Assembly (NCBI GenBank): GCA_951406725.2
Contig: OX597828.1
Coordinates: 54,126,001-54,190,000, forward strand
DNA length: 64,000 bases
Direction: 5' to 3'
Source: Octopus vulgaris
Lineage: Eukaryota
In this document: positions 1 through 12,684 of the stretch, piece after piece
Layout: each line of letters starts with the position of its first letter
How positions within the stretch are numbered: position 1 is the stretch's first letter
The notes under the pieces: model-generated
What the model saw: the letters and a program-made list of their open reading frames with translations, nothing else
What the model was told of the DNA's origin: nothing
The model's database searches: none
Program-made: the position numbers and the translations under genes

Positions 1-157
1 TCAACACTAATATTTCATTATTCAAGCTGAGTCCAACCCATGCCAGCATGGAAAACAGACATTCAAATAGTTATGATGATGGTGATGATGATCTTGGAAC
101 ATGATATTAATGAGAAACTCATAACAAACTGATGCTCCAGCTCTGAATAAACTCCAC

Positions 158-430
158 TAATTCTACATTATTTACATTCGACGGATATTTGTCCTCATCT
201 TGTTTGTTGTTAACACAACGTTTCAGCTGATATACCCTCCAGCCTTCATCAGGTGTCTTGGAGAAATTTTGAACCTGGGTTCTCATTCCAAAGGTATTTT
301 TCATTATTATTATTATTATTATTATTTAGGTCACTGCCTGGAATCGAACTCGGAACCTTGGGGTTAGTAGCCCACACTCTTAACCAATACGCCATATGCC
401 CACGGGCATACGGCATAGTAGTTAATTCTA
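158..430 (-). mobile_element. tRNA-headed SINE-like element with hammerhead-containing (Penelope-like) tail
   Basis: Minus strand: tRNA-like head 401-328 (A-box TGGCGTATTGG, B-box GAGTTCGATTCC), (AAT)n linker, tail with HHR; inverted copy of the first 22 nt at 404-425; TAATTCTA direct repeat at 158-165 and 423-430. Confidence 0.75.
212..257 (-). ncRNA. minimal type I hammerhead ribozyme
   Basis: GACAC-CUGAUGA-A-GGCUG-loop-CAGCU-GAAA-CG-UU^GUGUU; stem I GACAC/GUGUU, palindromic ACGU stem III; G10.1-U11.1 wobble in this copy. Confidence 0.75.
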
Positions 431-769
431 TCAAGTATATTCCATATTTTTTCATGTTCTTTTACAGATGCAAATTCATATTTTATACATTCATATTTTA
501 TACATACATACAGACATATCCACATACACATATTTTGGTTTAACACCCAGCAATTAGAGCATTAATTGAAATTTCATAATCGATCGTTTTCTTTAAACCA
601 ATATGAAAATAAAATGCAAAAATACAAAAACAGAGAAAATAAATCAAGCAATAACTAAGAAGAAAACTCATTCCTTTGGCCATGGTAAACAGATTCTTCA
701 GAATATTCCAATATTTGAAATTCTTCAAATATTTCAAAATAATATTCTCATATTTGTAATATAACTTAT

Positions 770-990
770 TGGCAAGCTGGCAGAATCATTAGCACAGTGG
801 ATAAAATGCTTTGAGGTATTATTTCTTCTGGCTTGGCATTCTGAGTTCAAATTCCTCCAAGGTCAACTTTTCCTTTTGGGGTCAACAAGATAGATATCAG
901 TAAAGTCAATACTTTACTGATATCCCCAAATGGGTTGATGTAATCAATTAGACACCACACCCAAAATTTCAAGCCTTTTGCTTATGTAGA
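770..990 (+). mobile_element. SINE family B, diverged copy
   Basis: GCTGGCAGAATC head, GAGTTCAAATTCC B-box, GGTCAACTTT...GGGGTC central domain as in younger copies. Confidence 0.6.
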
Positions 991-1210
991 CAACCACCAG
1001 CAAAAGAGTATTCAAAATGTATGGTTTAGCTCATCACCTTCTTTAACACCTCTATCTACCTACTCCTTAGAGCAAAGCTCACTCTTTCATAGTCATTTGG
1101 ACCAAATTGCACTTTATTTTATCAACCCTGGGAGGATGAAAGGCAAAGTTGACTTTGGCAAAATTTGAACTCGGATCACAGAGCCACAACAAATGTATAT
1201 CAAATGTACA

Positions 1211-1408
1211 TGTTTGTGTGTCTGTGTTTGTTCCCCCAACATCGCTTGACAACCGATGCTTGTGTGTTTACGTCCCCATAACTTAGCAAAAGAGACCGAT
1301 AGAACAAGTACTAGGCTTACAAAGAATAAGTCCTGTGGTTGATTTGCTTGACTAAAGGCAGTGCTCCAGCATGGCCACAGTCAAATGACTGAAACAAGTA
1401 AAAGAGTA
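1211..1408 (+). mobile_element. SINE family A, 3' half
   Basis: Matches 3' half of the copy at 1766-2164, ending CAGTCAAATGACTGAAACAAGTAAAAGAG. Confidence 0.8.
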
Positions 1409-1765
1409 TATGCCATTAAAGATAATCATACACTTTGGTATTTTCATTTCCTTTCCTTCTCCCATAAATCTAAGACAGTCTCGTCTATGTAAGAAATTGA
1501 GGTTTTTCTTTAAAAGATCAATACATTGAACAGCATCAGATCAATAATAATATACTAGCAGCAATTAAAACCAACCTAATATCTTGTCAACAAAACCTGA
1601 CTAATTGGTTCATTACAGATATGTCATCCAACACACACGCGTGAGTCAAAGAAGAAGCTTCTATGCAACCTACTCAATCTGCTAGAAATAACAGCTACTT
1701 CCCCTCGAATGACAGCTGGCCATTTACAACAGGGAAGGACACATAAAATACTATAATACTGGATT

Positions 1766-2164
1766 AGGTGCAGGAGTGGCTGTGTGGTAAGTAGCTTGCT
1801 TACCAGCCACATGGTTCCGGGTTCAGTCCCACCGTGTGGCACCTTGGGCAAGTGTCTTCTACTATAGACTCGGTCTGACAAAAGCCTTGTGAGTGGATTT
1901 GGTTGACGGAAACTGAAATAAAGCCCATCATATATATATATATATATATATCTGTGTGTGTGTATGTATGTTTGTGTGTTTGTCCCCCAGCATCGCTTGA
2001 CAACCGATGCTGGTGTGTTTACATCCCCGTAAGTTAACGGTTCAGTAAAAGAGACTGATAGAATAAGTAGTAGACTTACAAAGAATAAGTCCTGGGGTCG
2101 ATTTGCTTGAGTAAAGGCGGTGCTTCAGCATGGCCACAGTCAAAGAGTAAAAGAGTAAAGAGAG
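1766..2164 (+). mobile_element. tRNA-derived SINE family A, full length, internal (TA)n(TG)n
   Basis: A-box GTGGCTGTGTGGTAAG, B-box GGGTTCAGTCCC, CCTTGGGCAAG motif, internal microsatellite, (AAAGAGT)n tail; many copies in window; splits an older family E repeat. Confidence 0.85.
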
Positions 2165-3488
2165 AATACAAAAAGACAGGACGGGACAGTCTCATAGTTG
2201 CTTGATCATTTCTGACCTGGGGCTAAACAACAACACCAGCCATTACAAACAACGTCATTCTTCTTCTTAATCTCTCATACAACTACTCATCATTTAACCC
2301 AAGGTCAGGACCGATTGAGTAAACCTGATAATCAAAGGCAATCCAACTCTGGCCATCCTGTCTTTTTCCTATGTGCAAGGAATCCAGAACACATCTATCC
2401 AATATATCCTCTTCCAAGCCTGTAGGGTGTGATTTGAGGGGTATTCAGCTGCTATTTCAAGCCAAGCACACAACCCTTTAAGAGTTTCCAAAGTGGCCCA
2501 ATGTATGTGGAGTGAGGTGCAAACAGTCCAAGGAATTATTTTAAGAATCTGAGACTGCAAATTAAAAAGGGTAAAAAGCCATGATACTACACCTAGCATC
2601 GGGTTGGATTGCATAGCAACCAGTTGAGAGGTAGACAGGATGCTGCACACAAAGAGCGAAATGACCATCAGCTGATAAGCATGCAGTGATGATGCTGTTG
2701 CTGCATCAATTAGCTGCATTCCACCTCCTACTTCCACCACTTGTCAAATGTCTGAGAGGTGCTGGTGGGGGTGGGGGTGGGGGGTTGCTCAGTCCTTCAG
2801 AGATAACATTTTCAGGTTTCGATAGATGTCGATATAATGAATGAATGAATGTGAGATAAAGTAGATTGGACTAATGACTACGTGACCGAGAGATCAAATC
2901 TTACAAGGTAAAAATGTTCAAATGCAAACTGCTCTCGCCACAATCTGCCTGGCTGATTACCAAGTTCCACCTGCTGAGTCATATAGCAGTAGCAATGACG
3001 TCTGGCAACAGTAAGACCACCTTCAGCAATATGCAAACATCCGCAATTGCAAAAAAAAAAAAAAAAAAAAAAAAAAAGCAAAAAGCAGAAAAAATTCCAT
3101 TCACAGTAGCATTGGTAAAAACATGACAAATCCTCGTTTTAACATTGATTTTTCCATGCTTACATGGAGCAAACAAAATTTGTCATGGCAGATTTTCTAC
3201 ATTCACATGCCCTGGCTGTCATCAACCCTCCTCTGTTGCAATCATTGAGAAAAATATGACAAATCCTCATTTTAACATTGACTTTTCTGTTTGTGTGGAG
3301 CAGACAGAATTTGTCCCAAGCAGAATTTTTTACATCCAGATGCTCTCTAGCTGTTACCAACCCTCATCTGGTTGCAAGAAAAGTAATATTTCCCAAGGTT
3401 GGACATGTTTCCACGAAATATTGGAAACGAAGGACACTGCTTATATGAAGGGGATGGTTGTTTAAATCTTATTGAAGTCACATCTTAA

Positions 3489-3708
3489 CCTTTTCGTTAC
3501 TGTATTTATTTTGAGATGCTCTGTGTTTCTTTCAATTACTTTAAATATAACAAAGAATTTAGTAAAATAACTTAGTTATCATTAAGCTAGTGTTAGGAAC
3601 ATAAACTGTGACGAAGGTTTGGTGGAAGATTTTAATTCAGAACTTATGAAAACAAGACATTTGTACTCAGAGCCAGAGCCGGTTTTAGCCGGGTTGGTAA
3701 CAAAAGGG
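3489..3708. mobile_element. piggyBac-like MITE
   Basis: TTAA|CCTTTTCGTTAC...GTAACAAAAGGG|TAAA; second copy in opposite orientation at 56205-56420. Confidence 0.7.
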
Positions 3709-3919
3709 TAAAACAAGGAAAGGCCATGTCAGACAATAGACTTTTACATAAAACTGAAGTTTGTCTCTAAGTCTATCAGCCTATTAGGATGAAGCTTATC
3801 CTGGTTTCTGTGGTGTTTTAGTAAATGATAGCACAAGACTTGATATCTAAACAACACACCTGTCTGTCACAGGTTTAACCTACAGTTAGTGATCTTCACA
3901 AGAGAAGGAATTTTAACCA

Positions 3920-5360
3920 TTTTTTGGTGCCTCAGATTTTACATCTGATTCTCAGCATATTAATGCCACTGAATAAAAATATGACCAACATTTGATTCTA
4001 GCATCTGTAGATTTTGAGATAATGTACTTATCAATAAATGTACCAAAATCATGCACTATTGCAACAGAGAAATGGATTCAATATTCTTCTCAGAGGAAAA
4101 TGATTTCATTTTTTTTTTGCAACAATGCTCAAGGTTTGCTGATGAAGGTGGGTTTGTTAAAATATGTACCAAACGAACGGAAGTTATTTACGGATGGTTC
4201 TAAGCAAAAATTAAAAGGTCTGCTTCTACACAATACCAACAAATATGGATCAATTCCAATTGGTCACTCCACTAAGATGACCGAGCAGCATGAAACAGTT
4301 GCTCTGGTCTTGTAGAAGATATTATACCATGATGACCAATGGCTAATCTGTGAGGATCTTAAGATGATGAATTTTGTCCTGTGCCAGCAATGTGGTTACA
4401 CTAAGTATTCCTGCTTTATCTGTCTTTGTAATAGTAGATCTAAGGATGAGCACAGGATGAGAAAACAATGGCCTCTGAGAGAAAACATGGTCGTTGGAGA
4501 GAAAAGAATGTAATTGAGAACCCTTGGATGACAGAGATAAGACTATTTTATATCAAATTACGTTTAATGAAACAGTTTGTGAAGGCTTTGAACAAAGAAG
4601 GGGACTACTTTGATTAGATATGTTAAAAATTTCCATGGCTGAAGCTGGCTATTTTCAACAAGCTACAAATCAAGGAAACCGTGAAAGACCCACATTTCCA
4701 AGATTCAATGAGCAATACTGAGGCAGATGCATGCCCTTCATTCACCATGATTGTAAGACATTTTCTTGAGATACTTAAAGCAATAAAACTACCCAAGACC
4801 AGTGGAGAACATGCTCTCATATTTCCATCAACTTAGTGATAATCTGAGCATGATGTCCACAGCCACTTGGATCATTTCCCAGACAACATTGGTGACTTAA
4901 ACGATGAACAGGGTGATTGATTCCATTAAGATTTAAAGATACTGGAGGCATTGATGGAGGATTACTGCTGGACCATTCAATATGATTGTTCTGGGGTTGC
5001 TCACCACAGGAAGTCTCTAAAGGCCACTTTCTTGAGATGTCTGAGTAAATGAACATTGTATTAAAGATAACTTTCTATGTTTGTTTCACTACACTGATTC
5101 TGTGAATGTAATTTAATCATTAATAAACATATTCTTCTTCTATAAGCTGTCTTTTTTTTTTTAATTCCAAAAGCAATAATAATGATGTGTAGTCATCAAT
5201 CCATGTGCCTAATTAGTTATATGCAGAGCAATTAGGGGTATAATAAATCTCAATAACCAGAACTGATGAGAGAAAAAATTGATGGCATATTTAGAATCAG
5301 CAACCAAAATTTACAAAAAAAATACAAGGTCTATCTCAAACACCAAATTCTGTGTTTCCT
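3920..5360 (+). mobile_element. decayed DNA transposon, Chapaev(3)/CMC-like transposase pseudogene
   Basis: Manual translation 4100-5048 across stops and frameshifts: LFTDGSKQKLKGLLLHN, WLICEDLKM, GYTKYSCFICL, YIKLRLMKQFVKAL, HSHLDHFPDNIGDLNDEQG*FH, EDYCW (D..D..CxxC..HxH..E arrangement); family name from memory, ends approximate. Confidence 0.7.
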
Positions 5361-5929
5361 TGAATGGGCTAAAGTTACATCAAGTAACTTGCTCAAGGCT
5401 GCAACACACCATTCTATAGATAGTACTAAGAAAAAACTGATGGTCACAGTTGAAACTTCTTAGATCATATTTCTGCTAATTATGGCTGACCTGGGGCTAA
5501 ACAACATATACTTGTTGGTTATTGTTATGATGGTAATGATGGTGATGATGAAACGTATCATCCATGAAATGGAAGATACAAGTAGAAATCGCCAAATTAA
5601 ACAATTTATAGTTTTTAGTTTCGTTGCCTTACATTTCGGGTTCAAACCTCAACAAAGGTCAACTTCGCTTTCACATTCCACTAAGTTTGCTTGAGAGATC
5701 AAGTTAGTCGACTGAACCATTTCCCATGCAACACAGTAAACTGTGATCTTGCCTCTGCAAAACATGGATAATTTCATAAAGTAGATGGACATCAGACTCC
5801 AGTCTTCCCAGATGACAAAGGATATGGGAATAAGACAGGGAGAGATGGGTGGTTGTCAATGTGTTTCTATGGTTTCCTTCAGCTGCACATCTGGATGTTG
5901 ATGACATTTTATAAAGATAAATATTAGAG

Positions 5930-6925
5930 ATTCATTGATCACCAAATCACATGAGGATTCGATGGCAGGACTATGTTACCAACGAAAAGGTTATAGCATT
6001 GAAGATACCATGGCACGACACTGCCTCTGCTGGTCAAAACACATCATACATATGCTTCAAATACACCTCTGCATCAGCCCCTCTTTGTGGAGTTGACCCT
6101 AGGCACCAGTCTACATGGAGCCCCTAAATTCTGTTTCCAAGACCAGCTCAAGGTTATTTTCCTCTGCTGCTTTCATCATCATCATCATTTAGCATCTGCC
6201 TTCCATGCTGGCATGGGCTGGACGGTTTGACATAAGCCGGCCAAGTAGAAGACTACACCAGGATTCTGTGTCTGCTTTGGCATATTTACAGCTGGATACC
6301 CTTTCTAACACCAACCATCCTGCAGAATGGACTGAGTGCTTTTTACATGGCACCAGCACAGATAAGGACAGTTTTGGCATGGCTTTTACAGCTGGATGCT
6401 TTTCAAAATGCCAACCATTTCACAGTGTGGACTGAATGCATTTTATGTGGCACTAGCACCTGCAGGGTCACCAAGTAACTTTCAAGACAAGGAATATTTT
6501 AGAGGGGATGGAGCATTGGGGGTGGGTTATCTTTTGTCAGATGATGAACGGTTTCAGTGAGACTGAGAGGCAAAAGATAGATGTCTTACTTTGGAAGAGA
6601 TACATGGTTACCCAGCTGCAGAAAGAAAAAGAGAGAGGAGAGGAGAGAGAGTGAGTGAGAGAAACAGATTGAAGGAAAGAGAGACTGCCCAAAATGGCAG
6701 CATGTCATTGCCAAGGAAACAGACCTAATGGAAAATAACAGATTTGAAGAGGCAGAGATCAGATGTCAAAGACACAAAGAGCGACCCAGACTTCCTCGTA
6801 CCCTGCAAACCTTCCCGTGCGATAAATGCCTCTGGCTCTTCCATACCACCCTTGGCTTGAACAGCCACCTCAGGCAGTGACACCCTTTGCACCCATCAAG
6901 ATGAAGCAGATCAATCACTCACTAT
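5930..6925 (+). mobile_element. decayed RTE-clade LINE 3' end, interrupted by another repeat
   Basis: RIRWQDYVTNEKV...HGAPKFCFQDQLK at about 5950-6152; C-terminal Zn-finger-like FPCDKCLWLFHTTLGLNSHLRQ* at about 6810-6880. Confidence 0.65.
6174..6650 (-). mobile_element. SINE/non-autonomous retroposon family F
   Basis: Minus-strand 3' end CCCATGCCAGCATGGAAGGCAGATGCTAAA(TGA)n; same tail at 33-90 (+) and related tails at about 3120-3330. Confidence 0.5.
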
Positions 6926-7325
6926 AGATTAACTACCCGGATATGAGTTAATGCCAATGACAACATGCACATCATAGCCCAGATTAAGATTAGACAAGAG
7001 CAATAATATTGATGTTATCTTAAGCCATATATTAGAGGGAGTGCAAATTGTTGTATCAACCTCAGTGGCTTGACCAGTTACATTATCAAACCCTACCCCC
7101 AGAAGGATCAAAGGTGAAGCCCACAATGAAGTTTCTGCTTAGAAGTCCCATACCTCATGGTAACAGGAAAAGGGTACAGTTTCCCCCACTTCATTTTTTA
7201 AAAAATATTCCTGTGTTCTATACACTGCAAATTACCTTCCTAAAGAATTATTCTTTTCCTCAAAATTAGAATTTTAAATAATTCTTTCCATACCCACTTT
7301 TTTTTTTTTTTGTCATGAAGGCTCA

Positions 7326-7692
7326 GAAGCTTGCTTACCAACCACATGGATCCGGGTTGAGTCCCACTGCGTGGCATCTCGGGCAAGTGTCTTCTACTAT
7401 AGCCTGGGGCCAACCAAAGCCTTGTGAGTGGATTTGGTAGACAGAAACTGAAAGAAGCCTGTTGTATATATGTGTGTGTGTGTGTATGTTTGTGTGTCTG
7501 TGTTTGTCCCCCTAGCATTGCTTGACAACCGATGCTGGTGTATTTATGTTCCCATCACTTAGCAGTTCGGCAAGAGAGACCGATAGAATAAGTACTAGGC
7601 TTACAAAGAATAAGTTCTGGGTTCGATTTGCTCGACTAAAGGCAGTGCTCCAGCATGGCAGCAGTCAAATGACTGAAACGAGTAAAAGAGTA
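7326..7692 (+). mobile_element. SINE family A (5'-truncated)
   Basis: Direct similarity to 1766-2164. Confidence 0.85.
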
Positions 7693-7912
7693 AGGTCGTG
7701 AAGGAACAGCTATTCTGTAACGCCACGCACTGTTTCAATGGTTTTCATTTGTTGATTCTCCAAGAGAATTTCACCATTCTTAACCTGTGGGGTAGGGGCG
7801 GGGTAGAGATATTTCAGTATTCCTCCAGGAAAATTTGACATTTCTAGTCAAGAACTTTCGTTTCCAAAGTAGAAAACTTACCATTATTGGCACTGTTTCT
7901 TTCTTTTGTCTT

Positions 7913-8102
7913 TTTTTACTTGTTTCAGTCACTTGACTGCGGCCATGCTGTAGCACCGCCTTTAGTCGAGCAAATCGAACCCAGAACTTATTCTTTGTAA
8001 GCCTAGTACTTATTTTATCGGTCTCTTGTGCCGAACCGCTAAGTTACGGGGACGTAAACACACCAGCATCGGTTGTCCAGCGATGTTGGGGGGAGGGGAT
8101 GA

Positions 8103-8188
<86 letters not shown>

Positions 8189-8330
8189 GACGGGCTTCTT
8201 TGTTTCCGTCTACCAAATCCACTCACAAGGGTCTGGTCGGCCCGAGGCTATAGTAGAAGACACTTGCCCTAGGTGCCACGCAGTGGGACTGAACCCGGAA
8301 CCATGGTAAGCAAGCTACTGACCACACAGC
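7913..8330 (-). mobile_element. SINE family A
   Basis: Reverse complement of family A with long internal (TA)n. Confidence 0.85.
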
Positions 8331-8734
8331 ATTTTGACTTATTTTAAAGTTAATAAAATGTCTTAATTTTATGTCAGTGTTGTTTAGACAATAATTCTTA
8401 TCATATATGGGGGTGGAGGGGACCAGAATATGCCGACGGGGGGAGGGGAGAGAATCAGAATATGCTGGTCGTGTTGCGGGGGGGGGGGTACAGAAAAAGG
8501 TTAAAAAACAATTCAACAGAGTATACCTGTATTGTATATACATATATACCCATACACAATGCGTATACAGGATTACAAAAATATACATTCAAACTTGCGT
8601 ACATAATGGTATACACGTACAAATACATGGACACATACACACATGTCTACAATGCACACATACATACACACACACATACATACATACACACATAGAACAG
8701 AGTAGATGATGAGGGTGAGAGGGGTGACACTTAC

Positions 8735-9049
8735 GGTCCTGCCATTATTCTGGTTCAAAGCAGCCATACTTCTCCGTCCCCTCTGGTGATGATGATGATG
8801 ATGGTGATAACAATTATATGCATGGTGATAATGTGCGTTGTTACTGTTGTTGTTGTTGTTCGTCGTGTTGTTAGAAAAAGTGGCACTGGTGGTGTTGTTG
8901 CAGTTGTTTGTGGTACTAGTGGTGTTACTAAATCCGTCACCCCCGTTGGATGTCGGTGGTGGGTGTACTGCTGTCGGTCCGGTTCGAACCTGGATAACGT
9001 AGTCAACATTTTGCACAGCCGCTGCTTTCTTCCTCTTCGATTCACTCAT
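8735..9049 (-). CDS. probable first coding exon (105 codons) of an unidentified host gene; N/T/H-rich low-complexity segment
   Basis: ATG with in-frame stop 10 codons upstream; MSESKRKKAAAVQNVDYVIQVRTGP...RSMAALNQNNGRT ends at a phase-0 consensus donor ACC|GTAAGT (GT at 8734-8733); non-repetitive upstream flank; no exon 2 identified. Confidence 0.55.
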
Positions 9050-9260
9050 ATCCCTATTTGTCTTTATTTGGAGAAATTAGGGTTTAAATAGAGGGTTTAA
9101 GTATGAGTCAGGGTGGAATCCTTCAAATAAATTCACATATTACTGGTCCAGTTCGTTAATTTAAGCAATTCCCATATTTGAGAAGTTCGGTCCTTTAATA
9201 TATGATGTAACTGACAGCTCCCCGCCCTTTTTTTAATTAATTATATTAATCCCCGTCGAA
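9050..9260 (-). promoter_or_regulatory. candidate promoter/5' UTR of the minus-strand gene
   Basis: Repeat-free region with TGAGTCA (AP-1-like), TGATGTAA, TGACAG, CCCCGCCC (GC box), TAATCC; motif-only evidence. Confidence 0.3.
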
Positions 9261-10344
9261 GACGTTTTTTCCAGAGGTAATGCACAAAAAATGCGGGCCT
9301 TTCAACCTAACCTGTCTCTTAATGAAATATTCACATATTCCAGGATTGCACCTCTTCAATAAACTAAACTAACCGCGTTTTGTCAGACGTGGGCAAGGTA
9401 ACAATAAAACAACCACATTGTTCACGGGTTATTTCGCCTAAATCTACATTAAACCATCGACTAATCACTAAGGTTAGTCTTGGCTAAATCTGCATGAATA
9501 AACTCGCCAAATATTTCTTGCCGGGACACAAAAACTGTCCTGACATATAATAAATAAGGGTTAAATTAAACAAATCAATTATCTCAAGTCTAGGTCTTTC
9601 TAAGTGCCCCCTTAATATATTAGTCACAATAAACTCAACATAGAATAATTTCTACTGAAAAGAAAGCCCCATTCATTTATCAAAATTATACAGAAATTCT
9701 AGAAGAAACTTAAATTCTTTAAAATGGTTGCAGCTATATGCGTGAGTGTTTCTTTAATTTTCTGGGTGTATTTGGGTTTAGGGAAAATTTTTAGGTGATT
9801 ATAATTGTAGGTGTTGAGTCAGTGCTTTGTAACGAGTTCTTTTGGGGAAGAAACGATGTGGTTTAGGGTGAAGCGATGTGTTAATGAGTTTGTGGAGTGA
9901 GATGTGATGATGTAATGCCACATCTTGGAATAAAACGGAAATTCCGCATTTTGTAAAGATTGTCTTTTTTTTTTTGTTGGTTTTTTTTTTGTTTTTTTTT
10001 TTTTGGTATTTTGTTTATAACCTGTCTAATATTTCTTCAGATGGAGACCAGTAAATCGTTCATAAATTTAGTCATTACTTCTTCAAAGAAATACATTTTT
10101 TCTTCCGGGGAAGCGGGCACACAACAAATAAACAACTTAAAGGGAACAGGGGTGACACAAGAAACAATTAATTAAGCTTGGTCCCTTGGAAAGTAGGGTG
10201 TATCAAAACGGGGGTTTCGGTTTCCAGTTCTTTGGAGTCTGTTATTCCAGTAATTACTATGTAATCCACAAGATGAATTCCTGTCTACCATGTATGTATC
10301 CTCGTCTCTTTCCAAGGCATATATACGCACATACATACACACAC

Positions 10345-10382
<38 letters not shown>

Positions 10383-12034
10383 GTATGTATGAATATATGT
10401 AAGGCACCAGTATAGTTATTTCCTAATTTTGTTTCGCTGTCCTTCGTTTTCTTCTTTCAAAGCATTATTTATTACAACTACTAAATCATATACAAACATA
10501 TATATATATATGTGTGTGTGTATATATATATGTGTATATATACAGTGCACAGACGTGTGTCTAAGACTCAGGTAAAAAGTTATCCCAGCCGAGTCTTCAC
10601 TGCTGCGGTAGTTACTACTACTACTACTATCATTAGTTGTAATGTTATTGTTGTAGCTAAGGAGTAGTAGCGGTAGTCGCAACAGTGGTGGTGGTGGTGG
10701 TGGTGGAGGCGGTGAAAGCAAAGCGTTAGTCGTCACCTCCCACCATCCGCCGCCCCGCCCCCCTCGCCGCATGGAAGGAAGCTTTGGATCGGCCAAACAC
10801 ACAATGTAACATCAATTCTGATTAGTCAATGTCAATTTTTCTGCAGCTACTTACCTCCCCCTGATGAAGAAGTTTCTATGAGGTCGCTCGACCTGCTAGA
10901 AACAACAGCGAAATCTGCCTCTAACTACACAGACTCCCCCCCCTCCTACAATCTCAAATACTGAGAAGAAAAAAAAGATATGATGATAGCCAAGGGTGGA
11001 ACGTCTTTGATCATAGATTTACTTTATGGCGCCTAGCATTCGGTTAAACATTATCGCGCCTCTTACTGTTACTCGCTCTCTCTTTCGCGGGACGCCGTTG
11101 TCAAACCGTTACGTATTTTGTTGCTTTACTCCCCCGGTCAACATACAAATCTATGATCAAAGACGTTCCAACCGTGAACATCTCATATTTTCCCAAGATA
11201 GAGTGAGTGTACCCGAGGAGACAATACTTGGTGTATCTTTTTCTAGGACGAAGAAGGTTGAGATAGAAGTTTGGCTGCTATTTCTAGCAGGTTTAGTAAC
11301 CATGTAGAAACACCCTCATTGAGAGAGGTTTTCTTTGTCCCATTTTCAACTCCTAATCGAAAAAGACTTATAGCCAAAAACCTTCCAGATATGACCATCA
11401 CCACTTTTATTTTCAGATATAGTGTATCCATTGTAAAATGTTTCCTCTCTTTCTTCTTTTATTTCAAGATGGTTGGGCGGTTTTCGAATACCTCCACCGC
11501 CAAAATATTAAGGGACATTTCCGTCCTATTTCCCGCCTCTTTATAACCAATGCAGAACAAAACCAGTGAATTTTTGAGGGGAGGGGTTAATCGGTAAACA
11601 TTGATTCCATTACTTAACAGGTAGTTTTCATGCATATATATATATATATATATATTTATTTGTTTTAGTCATTAGACTGCGGCCATGCTGGGGCACCGCC
11701 TTGAAGAATTTTTAGTCGAATGTAATCGACCCAAGTGCTTATTCTTTTTTTTTTTAGCCTGATACTATCGGTTTCTTTTGCTGAACCTCTAATTTATAGG
11801 GACGTGAACACACCAACACCGGTTGTCAATCGGTGGTGGGAGACATACACAAGCACACATATATACATATATACATATAAGTGTACGTGGTTGTGTGTGA
11901 TTAGTCCCCAAAAGGCTCGGAAACGGTGGATCCTTGAGGAAAACGAATTTGATTTTCGAAATCTGCGTCCCAAAGAAAAGACCATCCATAAATAATAATA
12001 GAACAAAAATATATATCTTATATTTTTTTTTAAT

Positions 12035-12435
12035 CTTTCTGCTTGTTTCAGTCATTTGACTGCGGCCATGCTGGGGCAGTGTCTTGAACGGTTTTAGTCG
12101 AATAAATCCAGCCGAGGACTTGATATTTTTTGAAGCCTAGTATTTATTCTATCGGTCCCTTTTGCCGAATTGCTACGTTACTGGGACGTAAACACACCAC
12201 CACCGGTTATCAAGTGGTGGTGGTGGTGGTGGGACAAAGACACACACGCACACACACACACATACATACATACATGCATACATACCTTTCTCAGTTACCG
12301 TCAACCAAATCCACTCAAGGCTCTGGCTTTGGTCGGATATAGTAGAAGACATTTGCCCAAGGTGCTATGCAAGGGAATTGAACCCAAAACCAAGTGGTAG
12401 GGAAGCAAGCTTCTTACTACATAGCCACGCCTGCT
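12035..12435 (-). mobile_element. SINE family A, diverged variant (another partial copy at 11655-11880)
   Basis: Reverse complement of family A motifs. Confidence 0.7.
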
Positions 12436-12684
12436 CAATGTTCGGCAAAAGAGAATGATTGAATAAGTACTAGGCTTTAAAAAGAAGTCCTGGGGTCGAT
12501 TTGTTCGACTGAAAGATAAAAGTTTAAAGAAGTCCCCTTCCCTATGAGAAACACTACGGCAAGGTGCTATTGGTGGGATATTTGGCTGCTATTTGTAGCA
12601 GGTCTAGCATAGGTTAATGCTGTCGATGCCCCGTACAATATTTCAGATAACGTAGTCACGACTTCGTGCTTCGGAACAATGTGA

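Noticed and set aside
328-401. tRNA gene with apparent ACT anticodon
   Set aside because: Acceptor stem mispaired and embedded in a repeat; treated as a SINE head, as are the heads of families A, B and C
1624-2003. Recurrent peptides such as RRHLPKVPRSGTEPGTMWLVSKLLTT
   Set aside because: Incidental translations of SINE family A, not a gene family
2878-3129. Possible exon 2 of the minus-strand gene after a poly-T tract
   Set aside because: No AG directly after the tract and no recognisable protein
9238-9252. Paired-homeodomain P3/RCSI-like site
   Set aside because: TAAT-TAT-ATTA does not fit the YNR spacer and is likely by chance in AT-rich DNA
10861-10885. CTGATGA followed by a small hairpin
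   Set aside because: No GAAA box or stem I
11925-11972. TTGAGGA...TTTTCGAAA hammerhead-like string
   Set aside because: Stem II register clashes with the core and stem I does not form
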